A DNA stretch of 64,000 nucleotides. Source: Daphnia carinata. Lineage: Eukaryota. Positions within the stretch are counted from its first letter, which is position 1; each line of letters opens with the position of its first letter. The position numbers and the translations under genes are program-made. Positions 48,882 through 60,482 of the stretch are shown in pieces. The DNA lies in NCBI RefSeq assembly GCF_022539665.2, contig NC_081331.1, forward strand, positions 10,168,001 through 10,232,000, in the 5' to 3' direction. A model generated the notes under the pieces. That model made no database searches. It saw nothing but the letters and a program-made list of their open reading frames with translations, and was not told where the DNA came from.

Positions 48882-48948
48882 CTCGTGGCTCAATGACAGA
48901 GCATCGGCGTTGCACGCTGAATGTCAGGGGATCGGTTCCCATGCGAGT
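48882..48948 (+). pseudogene. tRNA-like relic, diverged inverted paralog of 48524-48590
   Basis: CTCGTGGCTCAATGACAGAGCATCGGCG...GGATCGGTTCCCATGCGAG, with D-arm GCTC/GAGC and a degenerate B-box. Confidence 0.45.
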
Positions 48949-50317
48949 AAAATAAAATACAAAATTACTTCAGAAAATATTCACAAGTTGTTCCTTGAGT
49001 ATAAGTTGATGAATACAAAAAGTGTAATGAATAAAAATTAAATGCTTAAAGATAAACAATTAACCACTGGAAACAATGCTTACCATCAAAGGTGGCAAAA
49101 ACAATAAAGGTGAATTGAGCAAGCTGTGTGAAAACAGCGAATACAGACAAAGAAAGAAACAAATTTTGCAAAAAATTTTTTACAAAAAAAATTTTATTGA
49201 CAATTCTCTGCACATTAGAATTATTTTTGCAACTTTAAAAAGGCACAATAGCCCTTTCAAAAGTTGCCGTCAACCCAGGCAGGGGGAGACACTGCCTTGT
49301 TGACCCACCGGGGAGATTACCCGGTGATTGGCTAAGAGAAGCCGGAAGAAGAGCCGAAGATTTGGAACATTTTTACTGGAGCGATTAACCTTTAGTTCGG
49401 ATTTGCGGGTAGCCACGTCGCCCTCCGTGAACACATCATCGGACTACGCGGACCCCCACGTCCCCTTTCCGGCCAGAGCCCTCCAAACCTCGGTATATGT
49501 TATTTTTATATATACCGTACAGTAGGGGCATGACCCCCTACGGGCTTATTACGAGTCGAGGGGAAACGGGGCTACGGAAAGGAAGGGAGCCCAGATATGC
49601 ACTTCAATTTTTTGAATATAAAATACCGTCTCGGGAATCCGAATGAAGTATAGAAATATCATGTCATCCATCCAATCATTACAATTTATTCAGTGTCATG
49701 CCCCAACCAAGAATTTTTTCAGATCCAATGTTACTATTAACCTACACTGAGAAAAGAAAAACAACACCATTAAGCATCTCAATTGTTGCTCATGTGACTT
49801 ACATGACTCATAGATTCAACTTCTGACAGAAGCTTGGGAAAGGCCATACAAATTGTAGATGAAAATCATTGTATAAGGCTCTTGAATGATAAAATAGCAC
49901 CCCTAGAATGTAGCATTGTTGATAGTTGTGTTCCCAGTATGCTGAAAATCCTTTCCTATTGGATAAATTTTTTTTGTAGTTTAGACATGGTTGGCAAAAA
50001 AGAGGAGAAAAGCTTCATCATAAATTCAAAAAATTTTCAAGAAAATTCCTTTCATACCTAAAGAGTCCATGTATGATGTTCATCGCTGCAATGCCAGTGA
50101 AGTGAAACATCTTTAGGGCCATTTAAGTACCCAGCTTCACCAACACTCTGAGCGTAAAGGACAAGTTGTTCTTTAGCAAGGGAAGCAGAATTATTTGAGG
50201 CTTCTAGCTGTGACAGAACTATAAAGGATTGCTGTTATACAGGATTCATTCACACAAGATAGTACTTCTCATTAGACAATGTGCATACTCATCTCTCACA
50301 ATTACTTTACCTCATAC

Positions 50318-51116
50318 CTTAATGGTAATCCACTCTCAGTGTTTTTTCAACTGTAGGCTGACTCTTCCATCTTGTAACACTTCCAGACTTGACTTGATCC
50401 CCTGCTAAAATTCTGTGAATGCAAAATAATAGCATTAAAAATACTTTTTCGATAGACAAAAAACCGAAAAGTACCTAATCCATGCTTTATGTTGAACTCG
50501 TGCCATATCTCGGTTTCCGTACCACACCCATTTTCGGCCCAAATACGGTCCCACAATTGTTCACTTCCTTCGCTGCATGGACTTATTACTAACGATTCTT
50601 TTAGTGCAGCACTAACAGAATTTAACTTTAACACACTGTCAGGTGGTGGACTGAATAACAAAACAATAAATAATTGTTTGTTAAAATTCCATACTTATTT
50701 TGAATTCTTATTTGAAAAGTTTAGGTACCTGACTGTGTTCGCCTAATGTCAACTCATCCTCACGTTCAGTTAGGGAAGAGTTTTGAAAAACCTCCTTCAC
50801 TGTTTGGAAACTGTTCCGTTCCAATTTGTTATTTTCCCCTAGCTGAGCTTGTAGACTCAAAATTTGAGCTACAAAACACAAATGAATAAAAGCAAATAAA
50901 TAGAATCATTACGTATTAGGCCTTACCATCCTTAGCTTTGCTGTTATCTAAAATTTTGTGTTGTTCCAATAATTGGGCCTGCAGCTTCATAATTTGATCT
51001 AATAAAAAATAATTAATAATTGAAAACCAATATAATAAATTTTATACTTACCATCCTTTTATTGCATTATCTTATCCATTTTTCAATTGTTCCTCCAGCC
51101 ACGCGTTATTCTCCAT
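50318..51116 (-). pseudogene. Mirror copy of the decayed spliced gene in the right palindrome arm
   Basis: Reverse complement of 46428-47226. Confidence 0.5.
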
Positions 51117-52787
51117 CCACGCTACTGAACTAACTGCGAATGGCATCCAATGGACTGAAATTGCCTACGCCAGTAATAACGAGTCTGAGCGGTAGATGGC
51201 TACGTGTCGGAAAAAAAGAAAAAAGTGCGAAGTAAAAAAAGTAGCGTACTGGTGCGCTAACATTGCATCAAATATTCGGCAATAAATTTTTTTTCCATGA
51301 ACAATAGGCAAAGCTAACATTAGCCTTTATTGCTGCATTTTTCCTAATTAAGATGGTTAAAAAACGGAAGCGTAATTTTGCACAGCAACACCGGTTTATG
51401 AGCCATCAACTGACAATAAACAAACTAAACACACAAACAAGTACAATCGGCAATAAACAAAACGGATTGCCATACGCTACAGCGCTAGCGCGATGCAGCA
51501 GAAAGTCGGGCTTATTTATCAGTAGGGCTTAAAATTTTTTTCTGCAAAAACTGACACTCATCGGAATTGGTTGAGCATCACAGGATATACTCAAGATTGA
51601 ATACTGATTCCGGGGAAATTGCTATTTTTTTCATTAAGTTAATCGTTTTTGAAATACACCGAATATTTAGCACAGTGCTAGCGCGCCAGTACGCTACAGC
51701 ACTAGTGCGATGCAGCAGAAATATTCAGCCATCTACACCATCCTACGGTTAATTCCCTCCCTTCAAAATTGGCAGACGAATTCCCTGCAACCAAAAGAGT
51801 GTGCTAGGCGGCTGATTCGAATTTTGGGCAAGGAATGATAATACAACACCTTGTATACATTATAAACAATTATTAAAGCACTCTGGAGGGCCAAAAACAA
51901 ACAAGGTGAGACATTATGGCATGAATGATTGCCTTCTATCCCTAATTTATTAATACGCTTACCAACAGGGCCTCCGTGCAGCGCAACGCCGCATAAAAGT
52001 TCACACATGCATCCGCTTCCAATGCGCGTCACCATTAGCTGTGCAGTGGCGTATTTAATCGGGGTCAGAACAATAGAATCGGAATAATCGGAATCGGCGT
52101 TGCAATAACCGATAATTTCAGTGCGATAGCAGAACGCTCCTTTCTGAATGAGTCGATGAAAGAGTAGGTCAAACGACGTTCAAGTATCTTGAAGATTTTT
52201 GCTTATGCATTCAAGATCAATCAAGATGACTTACTCGTGAAATGAATATATATCTGTATATTGGCGTTGATGATAGGGATGTAATATAGACACACACGCA
52301 CATTAATTCACAGCACGACATATATAAACATTTATACTCTTCTATTTTTTGTTTTGTTTCTTTCTCTCTTATTTTTATGCTGTTTTTGCTTTTTATTGTT
52401 TTATTAATAACGGTGGCTTTGCATATTTATATAGACCTGTCATGACTTATTGATCGGCTTCAGCCAATCGGATTTTGTAACTCTTCCACATGCGAATAAA
52501 TCAGAAAAAAAATCAACATGATTTGGGCGCTAGGATGCACATCGAATAACATATAGTTGCAGGGTGTGTGTTGCATAATCAATTAGCAAAAAAAAAAAAA
52601 CGTGCCGGTTAGCTATAAACATCTTTGAGATTATGGTTGTGTTTTGTCAGCAAACATTGACTTGAGTATTGGTAGAATCATGCGATATCCAATATAATAT
52701 GTACATATACACCGACACATATAAAGCTAGAATTTCCTTTTTTTCCCATTCTGTCTGTTGCTTCTTCTAATTTCTCATGATATTTCT

Positions 52788-55700
52788 TTAGATGTAGAAA
52801 TAGTTTTCGTAGTCGTGGTAAGATGAGGAGCGTGGAATGAGTGCCGTTTCCGATCCGTCTGACGTCGAACTGGCCGACGAGGAACTCTCGCTGGTCGAGA
52901 TATCCAGACTCTTGCTCCATGGCAGCTAAATTCGAATGAAAAAGAAATAACAACTCGTTCACGATTTGCAGCCAAAATTGAACTGCTAGTTTAAAGTAGA
53001 GTATCAAATTACCCTTCGTCTGGCCATTTGGGCGCTGTTGTCGGGATTGCGTTTTAGCACGAAGGAGAAGTAGGATTGTGGGCTGGTGGCCATGGTGGCG
53101 TTTGGTGCTGCCGTTGTGCCAGTGCTGCTATTGGCGCTGTTCCCGCAATCGAAACGCGTCTTCCATGCCGTCTGAATATTGAGCGGCAGATCGTCTGGAT
53201 GTAATTTCCGTTCGTGCTCGTAGCCAGGGATATTGCAAACCTGCAGACAAAAATATCGACATGTTAGGTTTCAAGTCAAAATGTGAAACGAATTGATCTC
53301 GACAAGAGGATAAAAAAAAAATACGTACCTCGTAGATGGAGAAGCGCTCAATGCGTTCGTTGTTGCTATGGCAACGCAGCAACAATTCAATCAGATCGTC
53401 GATGGTGGTCCGTTCCGAAATGAGTAGACTCTTGTACTGAGACTGCATAAAATCAATCACTATTATTAAAACCATCGCTCTTGAAAAAAAATACAAAAAC
53501 ATTTCGAGCGTGTTACGTTGGGCATGAGGACGCTGTCGTGGACGCGGACCAGTCCGCCGCGTCTCATTTGGATGGAGAATCTCGATCCGCCTCGCGGATA
53601 GCAAGCTTGCAATTCAGCCGGGCAAGCATCATCATCCAGTACCAATAGGGTCCTAACTGGAGCTCCTGAATTACAAACCAAAACGAAACATTAGGAATAG
53701 TGAAATCAAAAACTCTTCATCAGCATCTAGAGCTACGCAAGACCAAGGCTGGCCTTATTCTTTTTCCCGACATCGTTATCTAGCACGACCGTTTCTTCGA
53801 AATAAACACATCGCACTCCTCGACACATTTACTCATCTTGCCTCTCCTCTCTCTCTCTCCCCCTTTCTTTTGCTCCTTTCGAACCGTATAATGTTTCTCG
53901 ATGTTGGCCGCGCTTGTCGGTAAAGCTTCCCAGGGTATCGAAATTCAATTGATAGCCGAGGCGGATGAGATAAATGGCCGTCACGGACATATGCATCTGG
54001 CCGGCCGAAGGCATCATCACGAGATATAGAACCTTGGCTAATGTCGGAACCAGAGAGGAGTGGTTCACGCAAACTGACCCCGGCCGTCCAGTGCGGCAAA
54101 TAATATGCGCCAAAAAAAAAAAAAAAAAAAAAGTTTATGACGAATTTCGGATGTATGCCTTGCAGCTCTCGGCGCAAACAAAAGTTGTTTTATTTTTTTT
54201 TGTTTCAACAGGCATGTCAAAATCAATTTTTTTTTAATGAAGGGAGATTTCGTTTCTTTTTTCCCGTGACGTGATCGTTTTCTTGGCTATTTGACCAAAG
54301 TGTTTTTTGTTTTTTTTCGTTTCGTTTTCTCTTCTTTTTGTTGTCTTTTTTTTTTCCATCGTTCTCATTGTCTCTTGCCATCATCATCATGACGGGACGC
54401 GTGACTCTATCCCAACGACGGCGTCGCAAACATTCGGATGAAGAACGACGCGTTTCGACGCTAAATCTCTCGAGGCGATGTTTCAAACAGCGCATTGTAT
54501 GTTAATCTCCTTCACGCAAAGTGAACGACCGAAGGAGTGAACGTGCAACAAGGAGTTATTCAAATAAGTGTATATTCAGACTGTAATCAGTTCGCTCCAG
54601 GGGCCAGCCATACGTCAGACACCTATGGCTCGTGTGAGAAACTTCGCTTCTGCTGTCCGGTTGCATCAACGTGCATTTCAGTAGAACTTGCGTAATCTTT
54701 TACTTTTTATTTTCACGGCCGAATTTAATTACTTTCCGAGAATCGCCATCTGTCCGAATCATTGAACTTGAAAATTGTGGGGTGCGAGTCACTTTGATTC
54801 GAAGAACAACTCGGGTGTTGACACGAGGCCGCCAGGTGAATAGGAACTAGAACTAAAACCGCAAAACCCAGTAGATTGAGCAGCGGCTACTCATTTCATT
54901 GCGCCCAGCGCCAACGTGTTTCGTTAAACCAGCAGTAATCAAACATCTGGAATCATTGATTTATTGGTTTCCTTTGCGGCCGAGCGAATAGCCAAACGGC
55001 AAAGGTTTTCCAATCATCTTGGCCACCCATACAGCACCCACAAATTAACACCGATAAATCATAGTCTTTTTATGTTTGCTTCTTTTTTTTTTTTTTTTTT
55101 TTCCTTTCCTTTTCGGCGGTCTTTCCATCCCAATTTGCATACGTCGTTTTCGATGCTGCCGCTTTGATAAAGGACGACTGTTCAGCCTTCCCGTTTTACC
55201 TCCCACCTGCACGCCCAGTTCACGCACGACGAGTACCGAATTTCTGTTATTGACAGGACACGACGCCAGTTGAATAAAGTAATATCAAATTATCATTTTT
55301 TTTCTCTCTCTCTCTCTCTCTTTCTCCCCTAAACTCCTAGGGAGGTGCAGACCATAATGTTCAAACATCACGACAGCGATGTCGTGACTGGATTCCTTGA
55401 AACGATACAAAAGATTCTGTAACCGCCCGATGTACATAGCGCACAGGCAAATTAGTGAAAATAGAAAAATGTAACGCCGAGGTGGAGTTGTTAGTCGGAG
55501 GAAGTTTGTGTTTTCTCAGCCACTTAACGCGCCATAGACGCCACAGATGCCAACCGTCTACTTTAACGAACACGGCGAAAATGCAAAGAGAGAGCGAGAA
55601 ATATTCAATTTTTGACATGCCGCATTGGAGAGAAAAGACTCGCGTATTACTCCACCCATGAATAATTCTTTGAAGTATTTTTTTAAAAACCCGACCTAAC

Positions 55701-56054
55701 ATATCTGTTGGGCTAAATATATGCAAGTGACTCAACAGAAATTGCTAGATCATTTTCGAAAACATCGAAAACGAAGCTGGAGGGTCACTTCTAGAATTCT
55801 TTTGCCACACACACAACATTGAAAGATTTGGAAGGAAACAAAACAAGAAAAAAAAAATGAGTTGTGTCTATGTACCTGATTTGCGTACGCCGACCTCCAT
55901 GGTGAGGTAAAAGAGTTTGGGGTCGCGGTGCTTCATCTTGGCCTTGTTGAGCAGCATCATGATCAGCTCCTTGCAGCTCGTCTGGTAGTTGATGACCAGC
56001 GTCTTGTACTCGATGTCGGGCCGGAGGCATCGACAGTAGATTTTCACCGTTGTC
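52788..56054 (-). CDS. Tandem Ras-association (RA) domain protein, rau-like; 5' end not located in this window
   Basis: Spliced exons: TTVKIYCRCLRPDIEYKTLVINYQTSCKELIMMLLNKAKMKHRDPKLFYLTMEV (56054-55876), ...GGLVRVHDSVLMPN|SQYKSLLISERTTIDDLIELLLRC...FSIYE|V...ERKLHPDDLPLNIQ...FVLKRN, ending SYHDYENYFYI*. Two ubiquitin-like RA folds, as in Drosophila Rau. Confidence 0.8.
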
Positions 56055-59000
56055 TGTAAAAAACACAGAGAAAACGAAAAATAAACAATGAGATATTACA
56101 ATGAGAGAAAGCGCAACATTTTTTTTTTTTTTTTTAACAGCAGATTTCTAACATGTCCGGGGATCGACTCCATATATTAGAGAGGCTCACACATCCAGCG
56201 AGAGAGAGAGAGCTAGTCGATAATAAGAAAACAACTAGAGAAGATACAAGGTCCTATATAAGTGTGCCTAACTGCCGTGTGATGTCTATAAAGAACTGAG
56301 CGCACATATATAAATAAGCAGGGGAAAATAACAATTCCGATTCATGTATGTGTGTGTGTGACCCCGTCGGGGGTTCAAACTCCGCTCCCATCAAAAATAG
56401 AAGTCTCACACGTTCAGGCGTCTGTATAAAGAAAGCTATAGGCTTGTTGGTAGGCTACAGGTTATATAGTGCACGGCACCATTTGGCTTAGATATATAGA
56501 CCACCCGGAGTGCGCGACTCCGGTTTTCTATTATTATTTTTCTTTTTTTTTTCCAGGTGCGTACAACATTTCTCACAGTAGCTGAGAGGGCTACACGCCT
56601 TTAGAGGATATAGCCCTACTCGATACTGTTCCGAGTCTCACATGGCGGCGAAATACATAAGGTACAATCAAAGGAAGAAAAAAAAAAAAACTATCAGCAT
56701 CTTGGAGAGGTCGTACACAAGTTCATGCTTTCATCCGAGAAAAAAAAAGTCGGCATACAAAGTGAAAAAAAAAAAAATAAATAATTGATAGAATTAAATA
56801 TTTTGAACAATTTCACAGTTGGTGATAAGGCGACAATAAGCTACGATATGGGATTATTCGTAGATTTATTATCCATTGGATTTTTTTTTCAAGTCAACAA
56901 TATAATGCGATTTGTTATGCAGCCGTTAGCAAAGGTAACTGAGAAAAGAGAGGGGAAGAAAATGATAGAAGTCAACGGCCAAACAAAAACAGCCGCATCG
57001 TCGACCCGGAAATTTCAAAACTGGCAAACGACACTGACCGACCGGATGGCTCTTGTTGTCAAAGTCAATCCTAGCGTGAACTAGATTTATTTTTGTGTAT
57101 CTTCTTTCTTCTCCTTTTCGACTAGCCTATTCTAATTCCAGCTGAAAGGGACTTCACACAGAAATAAAAATAAAAATAAAAGTTAATAATAATAGACTTT
57201 GCCGGTGGGAAATGCGACTTTGTTTTCGTTCAAAAAATTCTTTCTTCCATTATCTTCGTTATCTTCTGTTTGCTTTTCTCCATTCGTCGAATTCATTCAC
57301 AGATGAGCGGGAGACATTTCCGGACAATACTGGCATTCCCGCTATTTATTCATCGTCTTCGTCGTTTTTTTTTTTTTTTTTTTTAAATAATACGAGAGAC
57401 AGTCGCGACCTGAATTGGCTGTGCCTTTGCGCATAAAATCGTTGTACGCTATACAAGAGATTTCAAACAACAACATGGGAACCATCGCGATGAACTCTTC
57501 CGACCACACCTTCGGTAGCTCCTGGTTCGCTACACTCAACAGGAAATGGCGTAGGCAGAGACGCAAAATAATAAGAAGAAAAAAAAAAAAAAAAAAAAAA
57601 AAAAAGATGATATGGCTGATGATTCTCCTTTGTTTCTATCCTAGTTGTCTTGATGTTAGTATCACTAGGTAAACATGTGCGTGCGTGTTTGTAGGCCACC
57701 GGTACGTTTCGTTCGTTCAAAAGGTTTGTGGGTCAAATCAAAAGCGGACGGAAATATATTTTTTTGTCGTCCCCAGTGCCCTATAGCTGCAAACTTTGTT
57801 AGGCATTGTTTGTGCGCCATCAAAATAAAAAAAAAAAAAAAAAAAAAAAAAAGGAAAATGCGGTTTTCATTTCTCTGGCCTATTGCGCGTTTTAACTTCG
57901 CGTGTCACACGATTGCAGTGTCTTTTCTCAAGAACGTTTTCCAACCATTCGCATATATCAGAGACTGCAACTGGTGCATATCCGGCCTGATGAATTTCCA
58001 TACGAGATTATGATCGTGTCACTTTTTTTTTTTTTTTATTCCGCGGAAGATCGGAGAAAAAAAAAATTTTATTCAAAAAAGAAAGTTTTTGTTTAGTTTT
58101 AAGAGATAGCGCGCATTTTTTTTTTTTTTTTTTCGAAAGGTATCCAATTTCTAATGTGGATAAATATGGCGGAATTTATTGGATGGAGAACTTGTATCGA
58201 GTGACTTTGACGAGTGAACAAACAAAGGCTTCACAACAGTGTCGGTTACATCTCACCATCAGCAAGGCGGTAGTTGTCGGCACCTTAATAAAAGAGGAAA
58301 GGTCCGAAAAAGAAAGAAGAAAAAAAAAAGGTGGAAGCCTTTCAAATCACGTTGCGAGTTTTAGAGCATGAAAAATGCCGATTATTTATAGGTGAAAGGA
58401 AAGAACGGAGGAAGAAAGTTTTTGATAAGGCAATCCTATGGTAAATAAACTCCCCCCCCCAAAAAAAAAAAAAATCGAAACACACGTTAGAAGAAATTTC
58501 ATCTTCTTGCCTTGTACGGCGTGTGCAAAGAGAAAGAAGAAATGAATCAATTGAATAGGAGAAGGTATATAATCTAAAAGGGCTCATCCCAACAGTCAAC
58601 GGTAAATATTTCTTTTGAGGGGCTGTTGCAGACAGCTCCGTTGGATGGGAACACGAAAAGGTATAATCGTTACGGCGGGATAATAATAATCAAAAAAGAA
58701 AAAAAAAAAACTCATCGGACGCTTGCCGCTCAGCACGATACGCTTGTGCACGAAATTATGATCACAAAAGGCGTATTGCAGCGCGTCCGACCTGCAAAAA
58801 AACAAAACAAATCCGGAACGGCAGCAAGCGCAATCTATTAAAATGCTGATATTAGCCGTTATTTTATTTTATTTTTTATTTTTTTCATCTTTTTTAGTTT
58901 ATGTTTACCCATTCTTCAAGTCTGAAATGTTTCGCCCATTCGTCAAGGAGCCATCGCAATAATAGTAAATAATAATAACTGGGCCAATGAGAAACTCGTG

Positions 59001-60435
59001 TTTCACCCGCTAGGTATATATATATATATACCCGATGTAAATTGTTCTTCCTAACTCTTAAGTTTTCTTTTTGTTCTCTCGCTTTGTTACATCGAAATCA
59101 ACGCAGAAATGCAACATAAATACACGCAAAAGATAACAACAATGTTCACTTAGCGAAAATCATCTTTGCGTGTTGAAACTGTCAAAACGGGATTCTTCAC
59201 GTCAAACATTTCAACCGTCAAGACACACACACAAAAATACCGACGTTCATTAACCCATTCGCTTGTACAGCGCACGACCAGACAACAAAAAATTGAGTAG
59301 CTAAGCCAAAAAAAAAAAAAAAAAAGAAGAGCTCGATGACCTCTAGCCCCTCCACGACCTTACCGTATTTTCCACGCTCATCGGGAGCGTGTGATGTGTG
59401 CTATTGTTTTTGTTTTATTTTCCCCGGAAAATAAAAAAAAAGGAAAAGAGATATTTGAGAAGAAGGCGACAGATCTCGCTTCCTATATTCCCCGGCATTG
59501 TTTTATTGCCCGTGAGTATCGAGAGCTGCACGCAATTCGAACGAAATCGGGTCGGCATGAAAAAAAAAAAAACAAAAAAACATTCGTAGATCCGTTCACT
59601 AGGCCGAGATGAGCCGACCCCAAGACAATAATCTCGCCCTCAATTTGTCGCTGTAAAAGAAGAGCTATTCGCAAAGAGAAATAAGAATCGAGTTTCACCG
59701 CATTAGCTCGTAAACTCATCTGCCATTTTTTACTCGTCATCAAACGACCGTCGGAAATGCAATCGTTAATATTTTCTTATTAGTTTTCTTTTCTTTCCTC
59801 TTTCTCACAATAGATTTTCTATTGTCTCATTTCTTTTTTTTTTTTTTTTTTTTTTTTCTATTTGGCCCCTGTCGTTTTTGTGGTGATGCTCGTCAAATTT
59901 TTGTTATTTCCTTTTCACCAATAAAAAGAGCGAGGGGGAAACGAGAGAAAAAGAAAAATGACGTGAAAGAATTCCAAATGAATTATGGGCCGTTGGTATT
60001 CGATAACCAATAGGCTCGTTACAATTGACGTGCAATTGTTGTGTGTCGATTGTGTGTGTACAGATGACGGAACAGGATGATAAAATAAAAAAAAAATAGA
60101 GGGGGAAAAAAGCGGTCCGATTTTCCGCCAGGTTGCCGCAACAGCAGGCGGTATCAGGCTCCTCTACACAATAAAATGGAGGGGAACTCGACAAAAACCT
60201 TAAGTTTAACAATACAAAAAAAAAAAAAAAAAAAAAAGAATGTAAAAAAAAAAAAAAAAAGAAGATGCCCTTATTCACCAGCCCGATGGTGTGTCTTTGA
60301 ATTCCAGAAAAGAAAAAGAGACCTATAGTCAAGTGAAGAAGAGGTGGGAGGGCAGATGAAAGTCAATTTTTCAAGACTGGAAATAGCTCGCGCGAGCCAG
60401 AAGAGGAGAAGCAGCGGTGTTTTCGGAGAACCGAC

Positions 60436-60482
60436 TCTTCTTCTTCTTCTTCTTCTTCTTCTTCTTCTTCTTTATTATTATT
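60436..60482. repeat. (CTT)n followed by (TTA)n microsatellite
   Basis: About 12 CTT units followed by TTA repeats. Confidence 0.9.

Larger units (their letters stand above)
46031..51464. repeat. Large inverted repeat: arms ~46031-48320 and ~49226-51464, spacer ~0.9 kb
   Basis: The arms are near-identical reverse complements (identical ORFs 46883-47197+/50347-50661- and 48020-48217-/49328-49525+). Scattered substitutions; indels concentrated near 46200-46320 versus 51230-51300. Confidence 0.97.
46282..51474. mobile_element. TIR DNA element, same family as 40671-41625, 16-bp perfect TIR, 6-bp TSD CGCTAC
   Basis: TATGGCAATCCGTTTT (46282-46297) and AAAACGGATTGCCATA (51459-51474), flanked by CGCTAC on both sides. 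An uninterrupted version of the target repeat (GCGCCAGTACGCTACAGCACTAG) occurs at ~51683-51705. Confidence 0.7.

Noticed and set aside
48524..48948. Functional tRNA genes
   Set aside because: Acceptor and anticodon stems are broken, so they are reported only as relics.
46031..51464. Autonomous Foldback/MULE/Polinton element defined by the long arms
   Set aside because: No transposase, integrase or polymerase ORF, and no TSD at the outer arm boundaries.
52678..53007. ORF-track frame (LAAMEQESGY...) as last exon of the RA gene
   Set aside because: Phase-0 splicing from the preceding exon gives the frame LPWSKSLD...YENYFYI* ending at 52788.
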